From: Patescibacteria group bacterium
GTDB lineage: Bacteria > Patescibacteriota > Patescibacteriia > UBA1558 > GWA2-36-10
DNA: 64,000 nucleotides
Assembly: GCA_041662585.1 (NCBI GenBank)
Contig: JBAZSG010000001.1
Coordinates: 2,381 to 66,380 of the forward strand
Direction: 5' to 3'
Under the pieces are notes generated by a model. The model was not told the DNA's origin and made no database searches. It saw only the letters and a list, made by a program, of their open reading frames with translations. The position numbers and the translations under genes were made by a program. Every line of letters starts with the position of its first letter. Position 1 is the first letter of the stretch. Of this stretch, positions 29,300-39,792 are shown piece by piece.

Positions 29300-32200
29300 T
29301 TATTCATCATAGACAACTATCCAGCCATTGAATGGCATGACTCGATACCAATACCAATTGTCCATCACTGTAATACTAGGTTGATAACATGAAGCATTTG
29401 GTATATTTGGTTTGAGTGGTGTACCAGGAGCTCCTCCAGCAGCACCATTGCAATCATGTTGTCTGCTAGCATCATAGGTATAGTCATGATAAAATATTTT
29501 ATAACCTGGACGACAAGCATCTTCTGTGCCAGCAAAACCCATTTTCTGAATTTCTTTGCCAATGGTTGTTGGATTGGCATCTCCTGGAGCATCTTTTTCA
29601 GGATTACAATATTCAGCTGGTAAAGAATTTTGATATTTACCTGGATTTGGAAGATTGTTGTCAATATCATCCCCCCAATTGGCCGTAATACTGTAAACTG
29701 GCATATGATCTGGATGGGCATGATAAAAGAATTTAACATTTACAAACAATGAGCCATCAAGACCAGTCAAAGTAGCACCTACAGTATTGACATCATTTAC
29801 CGTGATACCTTCTTTTACGCCTACTACATTACCAGCGGCATCTACTGTTTCACATAATGAATCACCACAGGTAGCCAAAATACGTGGTCTATAATCTGGA
29901 CCAGCATAAGGATTGGAATGATTACCAGCATTTAACTCAGGGGCATCAAGATATTGATAAGTACTAGAAGCGGCTATCCATTCAAAATTGTAAACTCTAA
30001 AAAATATACCTTTCATTTCCAATTGAGCAGCATTTAAAGCCTCGTCCAAAGTATTTACCAATGGATCGTAATTTCCAAAAAAAGTACCAGCAGTAATATT
30101 ATCATTACTTACTTTATAGTAAGGTACCCTAGTAGCCACCACTCTATTTTTAATAAAAGTATCTAAACCAGCACCAAAATGTGAAAAATTGGCTGGATAA
30201 CCGGAATCACTTGGATAACCAGTCAAACCAGATATCTGATTATACAACACTTCATCATCTATAGCATTTGGGTTGGAAGCGATATAACCATTTGTTGAAT
30301 TCCAATACCAAGAAGACCAAGGTGGCACTACAACTCTTTTGCCATCTTCTTTGTTTCTCCACCAAATATCAGTACGTAAAGCTGATTTCAATCCTTCACT
30401 GTCTAGCTGAGTAACTACACGACACTGTTGATAACAATCTAGAGAATTAATAACATCACAATTAATCCCTATGCTTATACTAGCATGTGTTATTGGAGAA
30501 TCTACTAAACTACAAGATTTACAAAATTTTTCTAAACCAGCTTCATCAACCTCCGTACCCCCTCCAAATGATCGTCTTGTAAAATTATCTTCATTATCAG
30601 TAAGGCACTTATCATAGACACTGGCATCATATATCCCCGCTGGTCCAAATGTATCATTGATATCACCAGCAACTATCCTAGCTGTAGCTGGATCATCATC
30701 ATGATCTTTGTTACTAAAACAAGCTATTGATTCAGCATACATTGCTTGACTAGATATATAACCATATAGATTAATTGGATCGTCTATATACTGAAAACAA
30801 TTATCGTAAAGACTACAAAAATGTGATTCATTTTGATTGCTAATAGTCAAACTTTCTATACAATCTACAAATAAACAATCGTTAACATTTTCGCTTGCCT
30901 GACATGTGGCTAAAGCAAAACCATTGGCTGCTGTAGCACTTGGATAGGAAGCTAAAATGCCAGAGTAAGTAGGTGATAAATTATCATCCTGCAAACAACC
31001 ACGACCATGATTGTAATCAAAGACAGAAACATTTATAAATTTGCAATCATCAGCACAACTACCTACATAACTTGGCTCTACTGGCTCAAATGTTTGTGGA
31101 CCACTATTTAAATCAACATAATAATTTTGACGGTACGGGTTATAATATGCTACTGTGTGTCTCCACTTATGCGTACCACACCAACCTCCCTTTTTACAAT
31201 ATTGATAAACAAGATGACCGTCATCATAAGCTATTGGTGCCGGACAATTACCACAGTCACTACTTGTAAGTCGCACTGTTGCATCTGGGATATTGACAAA
31301 AGCCGAACCACCGCTAGCTCCACTTGGTGCAACACCATCATCAAAATAAAAACGATGGATACCTGGACTAGCCAAATGCGTAGTATCAAACATAGTGTCA
31401 ATTATACCTACAAAATCCAATGTTGTTGGATAAACATTATTAAAATATGAAAATCTATCAAATTTTGAACCATAACCTTCGTAGGGAGTCAAAATAAGAT
31501 CTCTACCAACATTATTATCAGCGGCTGCCCAGATTGAAAAATCTTTGTCTTTTTCTATCCAAGTTCCTTCATCTAATAAATCACTATAATTAGCTGCTAC
31601 TTCAAGATTTATTTTAGAGCCAGCCGGGACTCTCATCAAAAGATTACACTGTCCTTCTTCGCTAGCTCGGTCAAAACGACCACAATAGTATCTATCTTTA
31701 GTAGTTACATATGGTTCGGATACTGCACAAAACAAAGCATCATATCCAGATGGTTCAAAATAACCAGCGGCTCTATAATTGTCATAAAGACTAGCTGTTC
31801 CTTGAATTTTTTGAGCTGGATACCATTGGTTACAATAATATGAACTTTCTATATCTTTTACTACTGACCGGCTAAGATCATGTTCCAAACAAATACCTGG
31901 CCAATTTTGATAGGTTATTTCTTCAGTTTTAAGGGCACAAAAACCATCATTTCTAGAGGTATTATCTGGATTTCTAGAATCACAATCTGAATTTTCTTCA
32001 CAAAAATTTGGATCCAATTTTTCCTGAGTATTAGGATCAACTCCAATAAGTTTTCCTGAAGTACAAATACCTTTTGGTATAGCATCACTATCTATATTGG
32101 CTGGATAATAGAAAGTTTTTTGACCAGCCCCATAAGTGACTTTTTTAAAGGAGTCTTCACAAGAATTTGGATTATCTAGGTCACTATTACAAATATTACC

Positions 32201-35200
32201 TTGATCATATTTGGATAATCTTTGTATGCCATCTGGCTCTATAGCAGCTGGAAAAGGTGCGTCAGCTACAGAATAAGCTCTGGTCTCTAAAGCAAAAGTA
32301 CTGGTAGTATTTTCATTGACTTTTGGGCTAACCCAACAAACTCGCTGTTGACATTCCCCCCTGAAAGTATAGGCTCCTTCTGTATTGATAACAGCTGTAC
32401 AAGATTGACCATCTAAAGAATTTCCAAACTCGTCAACACAAGCTTCATAATAACTACCCTCGTTGTCGGCACTATCAGTAACATCATAAACCAAGCGCTT
32501 GCCTTCTTTACCAGCTTCTCCAAAATCATAAACCAACAGATCACTAACTGGTAAAGTGTTTGGGATTGAATAACCAGTATACTCTTTGTCGCTCCAAGAA
32601 ATATGATTTTTTAAACCTGTATCACGAGATTGATATTTTTCAATAGTAAGAGCTTCTATGTCTTCGTCATAAGATCCCCATTTTTTACATTTGGTAGTAT
32701 TGCTGTCTGGATTATACTGAAATTCTAAACAAGTATCCAAATCATCACAAATTATTTTGTAATTACCGTCAGCATCTTTAACGGCCGTTGAAGATTTACA
32801 AGCCAACCACTCAGAACATTGTCTGTCTTTGTTTACTTTTATCAGTCTGTTGGCATTTAAATTGCAAGTAGGATCAAAACTAGGATCACAAGTCACTGGA
32901 CTATTGGCTTTGTTGTCTACTTCTACATTTTCATAAGTTTCATCTGCATCATACACAGTGCCAACTTGACTATGCTCTCCGTTCCAATTGTTGGCATCAT
33001 AAAACAACACACAACCATTTTGCCTATCTACTAGACCATTACAAGATGTTTCGTCAATATTATCTTTGTCATAATAGTAATAATCTTTACAATATGCTGT
33101 CCATGACCAACCAGCATTAGTACAATCTCGTTCATTGTTAAATATATCTGACGCACAATAACCATCACGACTAGGGAAAACCCAAGTCTGTCCTGGATTG
33201 GCCTGACAATTTACTTGATTTACGGAAATTTTATTTTTGGATATATTATCAATACAAAAACCATCATAATCTATAAAATCTATATTTCTTCCCTTTGGAT
33301 CACAGCCTATTGGATCAACTGGATCTTTAAATGAAGTACACAAATCTTCACTAGCTGGACATTGAGCTGCTTTTAAATAATTGTTCCAATAAGGAGTGGT
33401 CCAAGTATAAGCGGCATTGGCCTCACAATCCGCTTGGTTTTCAAATACTTGATTTTGACTTACATTTTCTATACATATATTGGTTGATTCGCAATCATCT
33501 TTGGTAAACAAAGGTAGTTGTATAGGATTTGTAGCTGAAACACTACAATAATCTCTAGGCAATATCAATTCTTCTACATCATACAAACCGTCACCATTGC
33601 TATCAGGATTATTGTCTGTATCTATACAACCAAGCGGTATCTCGTCACCCAAAGAAGTGGTTTTGAACCAGCCTGATAATAGACTATTGCCATCTACCAA
33701 AACATTTTGTTGATAAGTACACGTATTTAATCCTGGATCTTTGAGATAAAAAATACCTTTGGCTGTGTTGTATTCAGAACAACCCAGACCCTCTGAACTA
33801 CACAATATAGCACTATATTTATCTGGGTCATTTATTTTATAAACTGTATCAAATTTTGTATTATCCAATCTATCTGGTAAACCAAGCTCTGTACAACCCT
33901 TGAGATCTTTGGAACAATAATTGTTTGGATCTGGTACTAGATAAGTAAGGCTATCAGCAGCTACAATAGTCTCTGCATAGTCACCAGCATTAAATGTTTC
34001 GGCAAAAGGATTGCTAGAATTGTGTGTATCTATAGCTGGCATACAACCAATCACTTCTTCTCGACACAAATGATCAAAAGATTTCAAATCAAAGTCTTGA
34101 CCATTCAAATCTCGATATGACTGACAACCCAAGTGATAACCAGTATAAGGAGTATCACAAGACAATGGTGTATTCCAAGAATTTCTAATAACAGAGAAAT
34201 TATTGGCTACTTCCTTGATTATAAAATTGTCTATATACAATCCCTGATCAGGCAAAGGAGAACTGGTATCAAGTTGAAATTCTAATTGATTAATCTTGCC
34301 TATAACTAATGAATCTAGATTATCTAAATAAGTAGAAGTTTTATAATAATGCCAACGACCTGGCTCAATATTTTGAAAAGTACTATCTATAGCTGGATCA
34401 ACAAAAGCTTTTATGAGTGTGTGTCCCTCTGTATCACTACCCCATAAGTTTAAAGAAAAAGTATCAACCACCGCATCACTCTTCATCCACCAACTTATGG
34501 TATATTCTTTATTATTTTGTAATAACACATCCAACACATCTCTGACAAACAAACGTCCTGTTTCGGCTCGCAAAGAATGTCCGTTGTTATTTAAAGACTC
34601 GTTGGACAAATCTAGGCTACCAGCCCCCGCTGGACGCCAAGGAGAGTAAGTGCCATTTTCAAAATTATCACTTAAGACCAAGCGCACATTATTGGCATTA
34701 TTGCCATTATAGGCACTGCAACCATTGTTGGCTTCGGCACAATGTATACTTTCTTCTGGTACTGCTTTATATATTTGATCAGTAGCTGTCCGACGATAAT
34801 CATGACAATTGTCTGTAGCAAAAATCACTCTATCTTGGAATCTATAATGAGCATCACCATCCACATCAAAAAATTCTCTACAATTTGGATCATTTTCAGG
34901 ATCATCACTAATATCTGCTGTATCTGCTCCACAAGCCGCTACTTCATGCTCTTCACTAATACCATTGTCTGTAAAAGCTACATCCAAACAAGTACTACCA
35001 GCCGTATTCATATTGGTACATGGCGCATCACTTAAATTACTACTGAGTGAATACCAAGTTTTGATTTGATAGCCAGCTACTTCTGTACCTTCCCAAGTAT
35101 AGTAAACCGTGCCCAAAGATTCCTCTACGCATTGTCTGAGATAAGTAAAATATTCTTTACCTTCTCCGCCCTGAGCCACCACATCAAGATTGGTAAATTC

Positions 35201-38065
35201 TTCACAGCCCACTTCTTGAACAGGACATTGTGTAGCAGTATCATTTATAAAATTATAATATTTAGCTGAATTGTTGCCTTCTATAATATCAAAAATATTT
35301 AGCTGTTCGGCAAAAGTATCATAGCCCACGCATTCAGCTGGACATAAGTCACCTTGGGTGATGACTGCTGGAATCATTGGGTCGCCATTGTCTGGAAGAT
35401 ATCCCTGACAGCCGACTTCATCAGCTGAGCACATCACTTTGCCACTATCCATATATATTTTTGCTCCTTGACCATAATCAGAATAATCACTAAGAGTCGT
35501 ATCATCTAAAGAAGCTATCACCTCTAACTTGAGATTATCAAACCAGTTTGCCGCTGTAAGAGAATTATTGCTAAGAACCGCTACTTTGCCAAAAGCAGCT
35601 CTACCATTGGTCATAAATGTACAAGACCTTCTTTCCATATCAATGCTAGCTGGAAAGAAATTGGCTATAGCTACCATATTGGGATTTCCGCCTGAAGTTA
35701 AATCACAAGTACCGGCAGTAGCAGCTGCCTGGGAAGTGGTATTGGCACAGTTGCCATTATCATCACACATTTGTAAGGCTATACGAGCCTCATCATTTCT
35801 AGTATCGTCATATTGAGCCGCCTCACCAGACAACCTATACATAGTATTTGGTCGTAAAGTCACCTGTATATCCACTGCCTCTCTAGTTGGATAACCCTGG
35901 GCAGCAGTACCAAAAGAATAACCATTGGGTAGCCTATTACCATCATAATCCAAAGGCACATTATTTATATTATTAGCTCCCGTCGGATCATCAATACCAT
36001 CTCCCTTCCAACCATCGGGAAAATTGTCTCCATTTAAATCATCAAAACTACCATTGGGTATTAGATTGGCTCCTGTATTGGGTGCTAAAACAATATATTC
36101 CGAGCAACCAGCAGCATCAGCTTTACAATCTACGGCTTGATTGTTTAAAAATAAATCATTGACATCGTTGGCTATCTCTCCCAAAATCCAATCTCCAGTT
36201 CCATCCTTATCTCGAGAATAACGACTACAACCAGCTTGATTGGCACTACAATATTCTAAAGTATCTTGAATATAAGAATTGTTGCCAAAATCTTTATTGA
36301 CAAAAGTAAGACAACCAGCATATATCTCACCAGCTGCACAAGCTTGATCTGAAAAATTCCAAGTATTTTCACTACGAGTACAATAATTAAACTGATCATC
36401 CAAACAATTACCCTCAGCATCTTCAATTAAACATATTTTTGGATCAGCACAATATTTTTGACGAGTACTGCTATCTGGTGATTCCAACAACGAAGAAAAA
36501 GCATAGGCTTCACAGCGTACATCTGGTGCTTTTAAGACCCAATTTGGATCCACCAAATGATAAAATGGATTATGATCATTACCATCTACAGCAAAAGAGG
36601 CTGAACGATCAAAATCACAATTTGATTCACTTTCCTCAAAACAATCAATAGCTTGTTGCAAACTCACTGGTGCTCTGAGTGCCGCCAACTCCCAGCCAAC
36701 TGGAATAATATTGGCTTTTCTTAATTTGACCAAATTAGAATAGCAAAGCCCATCTCGATAACATTTATCAACTGTATGATTAATGGCATCATTGGCATTT
36801 ACAAATTTTGTATCACCCTTGATCATGCCTTTATCAATGGCTTGCTGAATAGTTATTTTACTATTTACGGCTTGTAAAAAAGCTGGACTCATCACACAAT
36901 TTTCTGGACCTCTAAACTCATTTGTACAAATAGCAAAATCATTGATATAATCAAAATCTTCTATTGATTCAACACTAACTGTTTTAAAACCTTTAAAAAT
37001 GTCTTTGCCTCTTGGTTGTCGAGTATCAGAACCACCTCTTAATTTATCCAGTAAAGTAGCTCTAGTATTTTGATAAAGATCATCATCCTCGCCATTGCCA
37101 AATAAAGACCACATACCTTTCTTGATCCAACCACTCATCAGCTTGGAAGTAAAAGTATTGACAAATCTATTACCAGCGTCTTTTAAAATTTGAGATAAAT
37201 TTTTTTGCGTAGCCGCTTCTCTGGCTGCTATTTTTTTGTCTTCTTCTGCTTTGGTAGCATTGGTAAATAAATCTCTAGCCAAACCATAAGTGACTACACA
37301 ATGAGTAATGACTTCTTCTGAAACAGTAGTTTTTTTATCTTTAAAACCTTGACATTCTGCAGCCGAAATTTGTTCAATTTGCAAAGCTACTTGTTTTCTA
37401 CGATTTATTTCAGCGGCCAATTCCATAGCTATACCCACATCTGAGCCTTTTTTGGAGACTATACCATCAAAAAAATCAGATGTACTAGTAACACCACTTC
37501 TTCTGGTATCCAGTTGAAATTTTACAATATTGGCTTGCATAGTATCTCCAAAGTCTACCCAGTTTTTTCTCAAAGTACTCCAAGTACATTTTGATGCAGC
37601 TGTCTTTTTTGGTGGAGCATCTTCATCAAGTAAATTTAAAGTCAAAGAAAGTTTCAATTCTACTGAAGGATCACAAAGATCAATGCCTAGTTGATCAAAA
37701 CCCTTACTGGTTAAATCACCAACAAATTCACCCAAAGCTTTGTCGCCAGCATTCTCCAAAGTCTTTTTTAAAGACACTGTTCTAAACATAGGTTTGCCAC
37801 CAGTGGCACCAGCAGCCAATTCACTAGCTACATCATAAGCCAAATTATCTAAATATTGATCAATAGCTTTTTTGGAAAGTTGGTCTGAGATTGATTCTTT
37901 AGTAACTTCATAAACATCCTTAATTCTTTCCCAGATAAATTTTACTACTGTTGTTGGACCTCCAATAATATCAGAAAAAGCATTGGCTGGCCGTGGAACA
38001 AATATTGCTCCAAAAACAAAAACGGCTAGGCAAAGGGTAAAAATAACTTTTTTGTAATTAGTCAT
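29300..38065 (-). CDS. Giant secreted Cys-rich protein (2921 aa) with signal peptide, jelly-roll/CBM-like segments, a TSP3-like Ca-binding motif and internal Cys-module duplication
   Basis: Uninterrupted 8.7-kb ORF. Signal peptide MTNYKKVIFTLCLAVFVFGAIFVPRPANA. More than 150 Cys spread throughout. DTDNNPDSNGDGLYDVEEL at about 33600-33660. Duplicated ~35-aa Cys module at about 33180-33500. Confidence 0.75.
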   Translation of the reverse strand: MTNYKKVIFTLCLAVFVFGAIFVPRPANAFSDIIGGPTTVVKFIWERIKDVYEVTKESISDQLSKKAIDQYLDNLAYDVASELAAGATGGKPMFRTVSLKKTLENAGDKALGEFVGDLTSKGFDQLGIDLCDPSVELKLSLTLNLLDEDAPPKKTAASKCTWSTLRKNWVDFGDTMQANIVKFQLDTRRSGVTSTSDFFDGIVSKKGSDVGIAMELAAEINRRKQVALQIEQISAAECQGFKDKKTTVSEEVITHCVVTYGLARDLFTNATKAEEDKKIAAREAATQKNLSQILKDAGNRFVNTFTSKLMSGWIKKGMWSLFGNGEDDDLYQNTRATLLDKLRGGSDTRQPRGKDIFKGFKTVSVESIEDFDYINDFAICTNEFRGPENCVMSPAFLQAVNSKITIQQAIDKGMIKGDTKFVNANDAINHTVDKCYRDGLCYSNLVKLRKANIIPVGWELAALRAPVSLQQAIDCFEESESNCDFDRSASFAVDGNDHNPFYHLVDPNWVLKAPDVRCEAYAFSSLLESPDSSTRQKYCADPKICLIEDAEGNCLDDQFNYCTRSENTWNFSDQACAAGEIYAGCLTFVNKDFGNNSYIQDTLEYCSANQAGCSRYSRDKDGTGDWILGEIANDVNDLFLNNQAVDCKADAAGCSEYIVLAPNTGANLIPNGSFDDLNGDNFPDGWKGDGIDDPTGANNINNVPLDYDGNRLPNGYSFGTAAQGYPTREAVDIQVTLRPNTMYRLSGEAAQYDDTRNDEARIALQMCDDNGNCANTTSQAAATAGTCDLTSGGNPNMVAIANFFPASIDMERRSCTFMTNGRAAFGKVAVLSNNSLTAANWFDNLKLEVIASLDDTTLSDYSDYGQGAKIYMDSGKVMCSADEVGCQGYLPDNGDPMIPAVITQGDLCPAECVGYDTFAEQLNIFDIIEGNNSAKYYNFINDTATQCPVQEVGCEEFTNLDVVAQGGEGKEYFTYLRQCVEESLGTVYYTWEGTEVAGYQIKTWYSLSSNLSDAPCTNMNTAGSTCLDVAFTDNGISEEHEVAACGADTADISDDPENDPNCREFFDVDGDAHYRFQDRVIFATDNCHDYRRTATDQIYKAVPEESIHCAEANNGCSAYNGNNANNVRLVLSDNFENGTYSPWRPAGAGSLDLSNESLNNNGHSLRAETGRLFVRDVLDVLLQNNKEYTISWWMKSDAVVDTFSLNLWGSDTEGHTLIKAFVDPAIDSTFQNIEPGRWHYYKTSTYLDNLDSLVIGKINQLEFQLDTSSPLPDQGLYIDNFIIKEVANNFSVIRNSWNTPLSCDTPYTGYHLGCQSYRDLNGQDFDLKSFDHLCREEVIGCMPAIDTHNSSNPFAETFNAGDYAETIVAADSLTYLVPDPNNYCSKDLKGCTELGLPDRLDNTKFDTVYKINDPDKYSAILCSSEGLGCSEYNTAKGIFYLKDPGLNTCTYQQNVLVDGNSLLSGWFKTTSLGDEIPLGCIDTDNNPDSNGDGLYDVEELILPRDYCSVSATNPIQLPLFTKDDCESTNICIENVSQNQVFENQADCEANAAYTWTTPYWNNYLKAAQCPASEDLCTSFKDPVDPIGCDPKGRNIDFIDYDGFCIDNISKNKISVNQVNCQANPGQTWVFPSRDGYCASDIFNNERDCTNAGWSWTAYCKDYYYYDKDNIDETSCNGLVDRQNGCVLFYDANNWNGEHSQVGTVYDADETYENVEVDNKANSPVTCDPSFDPTCNLNANRLIKVNKDRQCSEWLACKSSTAVKDADGNYKIICDDLDTCLEFQYNPDSNTTKCKKWGSYDEDIEALTIEKYQSRDTGLKNHISWSDKEYTGYSIPNTLPVSDLLVYDFGEAGKEGKRLVYDVTDSADNEGSYYEACVDEFGNSLDGQSCTAVINTEGAYTFRGECQQRVCWVSPKVNENTTSTFALETRAYSVADAPFPAAIEPDGIQRLSKYDQGNICNSDLDNPNSCEDSFKKVTYGAGQKTFYYPANIDSDAIPKGICTSGKLIGVDPNTQEKLDPNFCEENSDCDSRNPDNTSRNDGFCALKTEEITYQNWPGICLEHDLSRSVVKDIESSYYCNQWYPAQKIQGTASLYDNYRAAGYFEPSGYDALFCAVSEPYVTTKDRYYCGRFDRASEEGQCNLLMRVPAGSKINLEVAANYSDLLDEGTWIEKDKDFSIWAAADNNVGRDLILTPYEGYGSKFDRFSYFNNVYPTTLDFVGIIDTMFDTTHLASPGIHRFYFDDGVAPSGASGGSAFVNIPDATVRLTSSDCGNCPAPIAYDDGHLVYQYCKKGGWCGTHKWRHTVAYYNPYRQNYYVDLNSGPQTFEPVEPSYVGSCADDCKFINVSVFDYNHGRGCLQDDNLSPTYSGILASYPSATAANGFALATCQASENVNDCLFVDCIESLTISNQNESHFCSLYDNCFQYIDDPINLYGYISSQAMYAESIACFSNKDHDDDPATARIVAGDINDTFGPAGIYDASVYDKCLTDNEDNFTRRSFGGGTEVDEAGLEKFCKSCSLVDSPITHASISIGINCDVINSLDCYQQCRVVTQLDSEGLKSALRTDIWWRNKEDGKRVVVPPWSSWYWNSTNGYIASNPNAIDDEVLYNQISGLTGYPSDSGYPANFSHFGAGLDTFIKNRVVATRVPYYKVSNDNITAGTFFGNYDPLVNTLDEALNAAQLEMKGIFFRVYNFEWIAASSTYQYLDAPELNAGNHSNPYAGPDYRPRILATCGDSLCETVDAAGNVVGVKEGITVNDVNTVGATLTGLDGSLFVNVKFFYHAHPDHMPVYSITANWGDDIDNNLPNPGKYQNSLPAEYCNPEKDAPGDANPTTIGKEIQKMGFAGTEDACRPGYKIFYHDYTYDASRQHDCNGAAGGAPGTPLKPNIPNASCYQPSITVMDNWYWYRVMPFNGWIVVYDE

Positions 38066-38081
38066 ATGATATATTAGCTTT

Positions 38082-38903
38082 TTATTGTTTTGTTAAGTCT
38101 TCAGCAACCATCATCAATTCTTCATCTGACATAGCATTTATTTCTGCCGTATCAATGCCTGGTAATAATAATAAAAACTCTCTAATTTGATCTGGAGTAG
38201 TGCTAGCATTTAGCTGAGTATTATCCAAAATAGCACTCTCATCTACTATTCTAAAAATAGTCAAAAGATCTTGATCACTTAAAGCATCTAAGTCTTCTTT
38301 TGCCATACCATTGGCTTCCAAAAACTTCCTAAATTCTACCACGGCTGCTTGTTGAATAGTGAGGTTAGGATCAAGAGTAATATCTTCAATAATACTAGAT
38401 AATTTTGTATTGGGAGTGATAAGCCTTAATAAATTACATGACTCACCAATGGGACAAATAGGATCTTCGCCTAGGCCCACTTCTTCAGCATCTGTAAAAC
38501 CATCACTATCTGTATCTGGCAAAAATATACTAGTATAATATTGATAAATTTCTTGATAATCTGTAAGACCATCTTGATCTGTGTCACTCTCTTTTAGTTG
38601 AGCAATAGTCCTAGCCACTTGTTCTTCTGTATCCAATTGATTTTGTAAAAACTCAGGCACTTCATATTTTAAGGGATCAAATATATTACTATAAAATCTA
38701 AATCCAGCTAAAACCAATATAAACATCCCCAAAATTAAAAAAGACCAAAATTTTATGTAGCGATGGCTTTGTGAATTTTTATAATCATCATTAGCTATAT
38801 AATTATGACTAACTAGAGCATCTTGCTCTAGTGTTTCCAAATCATTATTTTTATCAAATTTTTCAATCATTGAGTTTATTAATGTGTATATATTATAACA
38901 CAA
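38082..38903 (-). CDS. Membrane-anchored protein with two thrombospondin-type-3-like Ca-binding motifs
   Basis: TM segment FWSFLILGMFILVLAGF followed by DTDQDGLTDYQEI and DTDSDGFTDAEEV (DxDxDGxxDxxE). First gene of the giant-protein operon. Confidence 0.55.
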   Translation of the reverse strand: MCYNIYTLINSMIEKFDKNNDLETLEQDALVSHNYIANDDYKNSQSHRYIKFWSFLILGMFILVLAGFRFYSNIFDPLKYEVPEFLQNQLDTEEQVARTIAQLKESDTDQDGLTDYQEIYQYYTSIFLPDTDSDGFTDAEEVGLGEDPICPIGESCNLLRLITPNTKLSSIIEDITLDPNLTIQQAAVVEFRKFLEANGMAKEDLDALSDQDLLTIFRIVDESAILDNTQLNASTTPDQIREFLLLLPGIDTAEINAMSDEELMMVAEDLTKQ

Positions 38904-38958
38904 AATTATAAAATACCCAAAGGATAAAAAATCCTGATCAGCTTATATTCAATAATTT

Positions 38959-39789
38959 TTATAAATACTTTGCTATAGCCAACCAATCGTCTATTTTCAA
39001 CTTTTCAGCCCTAATATTGGTATCTAAACCTATTTTATCAAAAACTATTTTCAACTTTTCTTTATTTATAGTCTGATCACTAAGTAAATTATTAAAAAGT
39101 TTTTTGCGCTTATAGGCAAAACCTCTTTTGACAATCTGCCAAGTCTTTTTTTCATCCTCATCATAATCCCAAGCGTGTATATCATAAATATATAATATTG
39201 CTGAATCTACTTTTGGCTGAGGATAAAAATTTTCTTTGCTGACCAAACTAGCCAATTTACTTTTAGCATAAAAAGCTACCGACAAAGATAATAGACTTTG
39301 TTTTTTATTGTCCACTACTCTTTGAGCTACTTCCTTTTGTATCATTAAAGTCATGCTCAATGGCTTTTTGTCAGCCACTACAAATTTTTGCACAAATTTG
39401 CCAGTCAAATAATACGGAATATTGGCCACTATTTTATAATCATCAACACCATAGCTATTTAAAATTTCTCGCCATTGTACGCCAGTCAAAGACAAGATAT
39501 CTTGCCAAATAATTTTTAAATTTTTATTTAACTTTACTAATGTATTCAATATTTCTTGTAAATTTTTATCAATCTCCAAAGCTACTACCTGTTTGCTAGT
39601 AGCTACCAATCTTTGTGTCAAAGCTCCTAGACCTGGACCAACTTCTAAAATCAAATCGTGCTTATCAATTTTTGCTGTCGCAATAATATCATCCAATACT
39701 TCGTCTGAAATCAAAAAATTTTGTCCTCGTATTTTATTGGGGCTTAAATTATATTTTTTCAACAAAAATTTTAATTCATCTATTTTCAT
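38959..39789 (-). CDS. ksgA: 16S rRNA (adenine1518/1519-N6)-dimethyltransferase
   Basis: GQNFLISDEVLDDII and SAM motif LEVGPGLGALT; KsgA/RsmA-like length. Confidence 0.9.
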   Translation of the reverse strand: MKIDELKFLLKKYNLSPNKIRGQNFLISDEVLDDIIATAKIDKHDLILEVGPGLGALTQRLVATSKQVVALEIDKNLQEILNTLVKLNKNLKIIWQDILSLTGVQWREILNSYGVDDYKIVANIPYYLTGKFVQKFVVADKKPLSMTLMIQKEVAQRVVDNKKQSLLSLSVAFYAKSKLASLVSKENFYPQPKVDSAILYIYDIHAWDYDEDEKKTWQIVKRGFAYKRKKLFNNLLSDQTINKEKLKIVFDKIGLDTNIRAEKLKIDDWLAIAKYL

Positions 39790-39792
39790 AAT

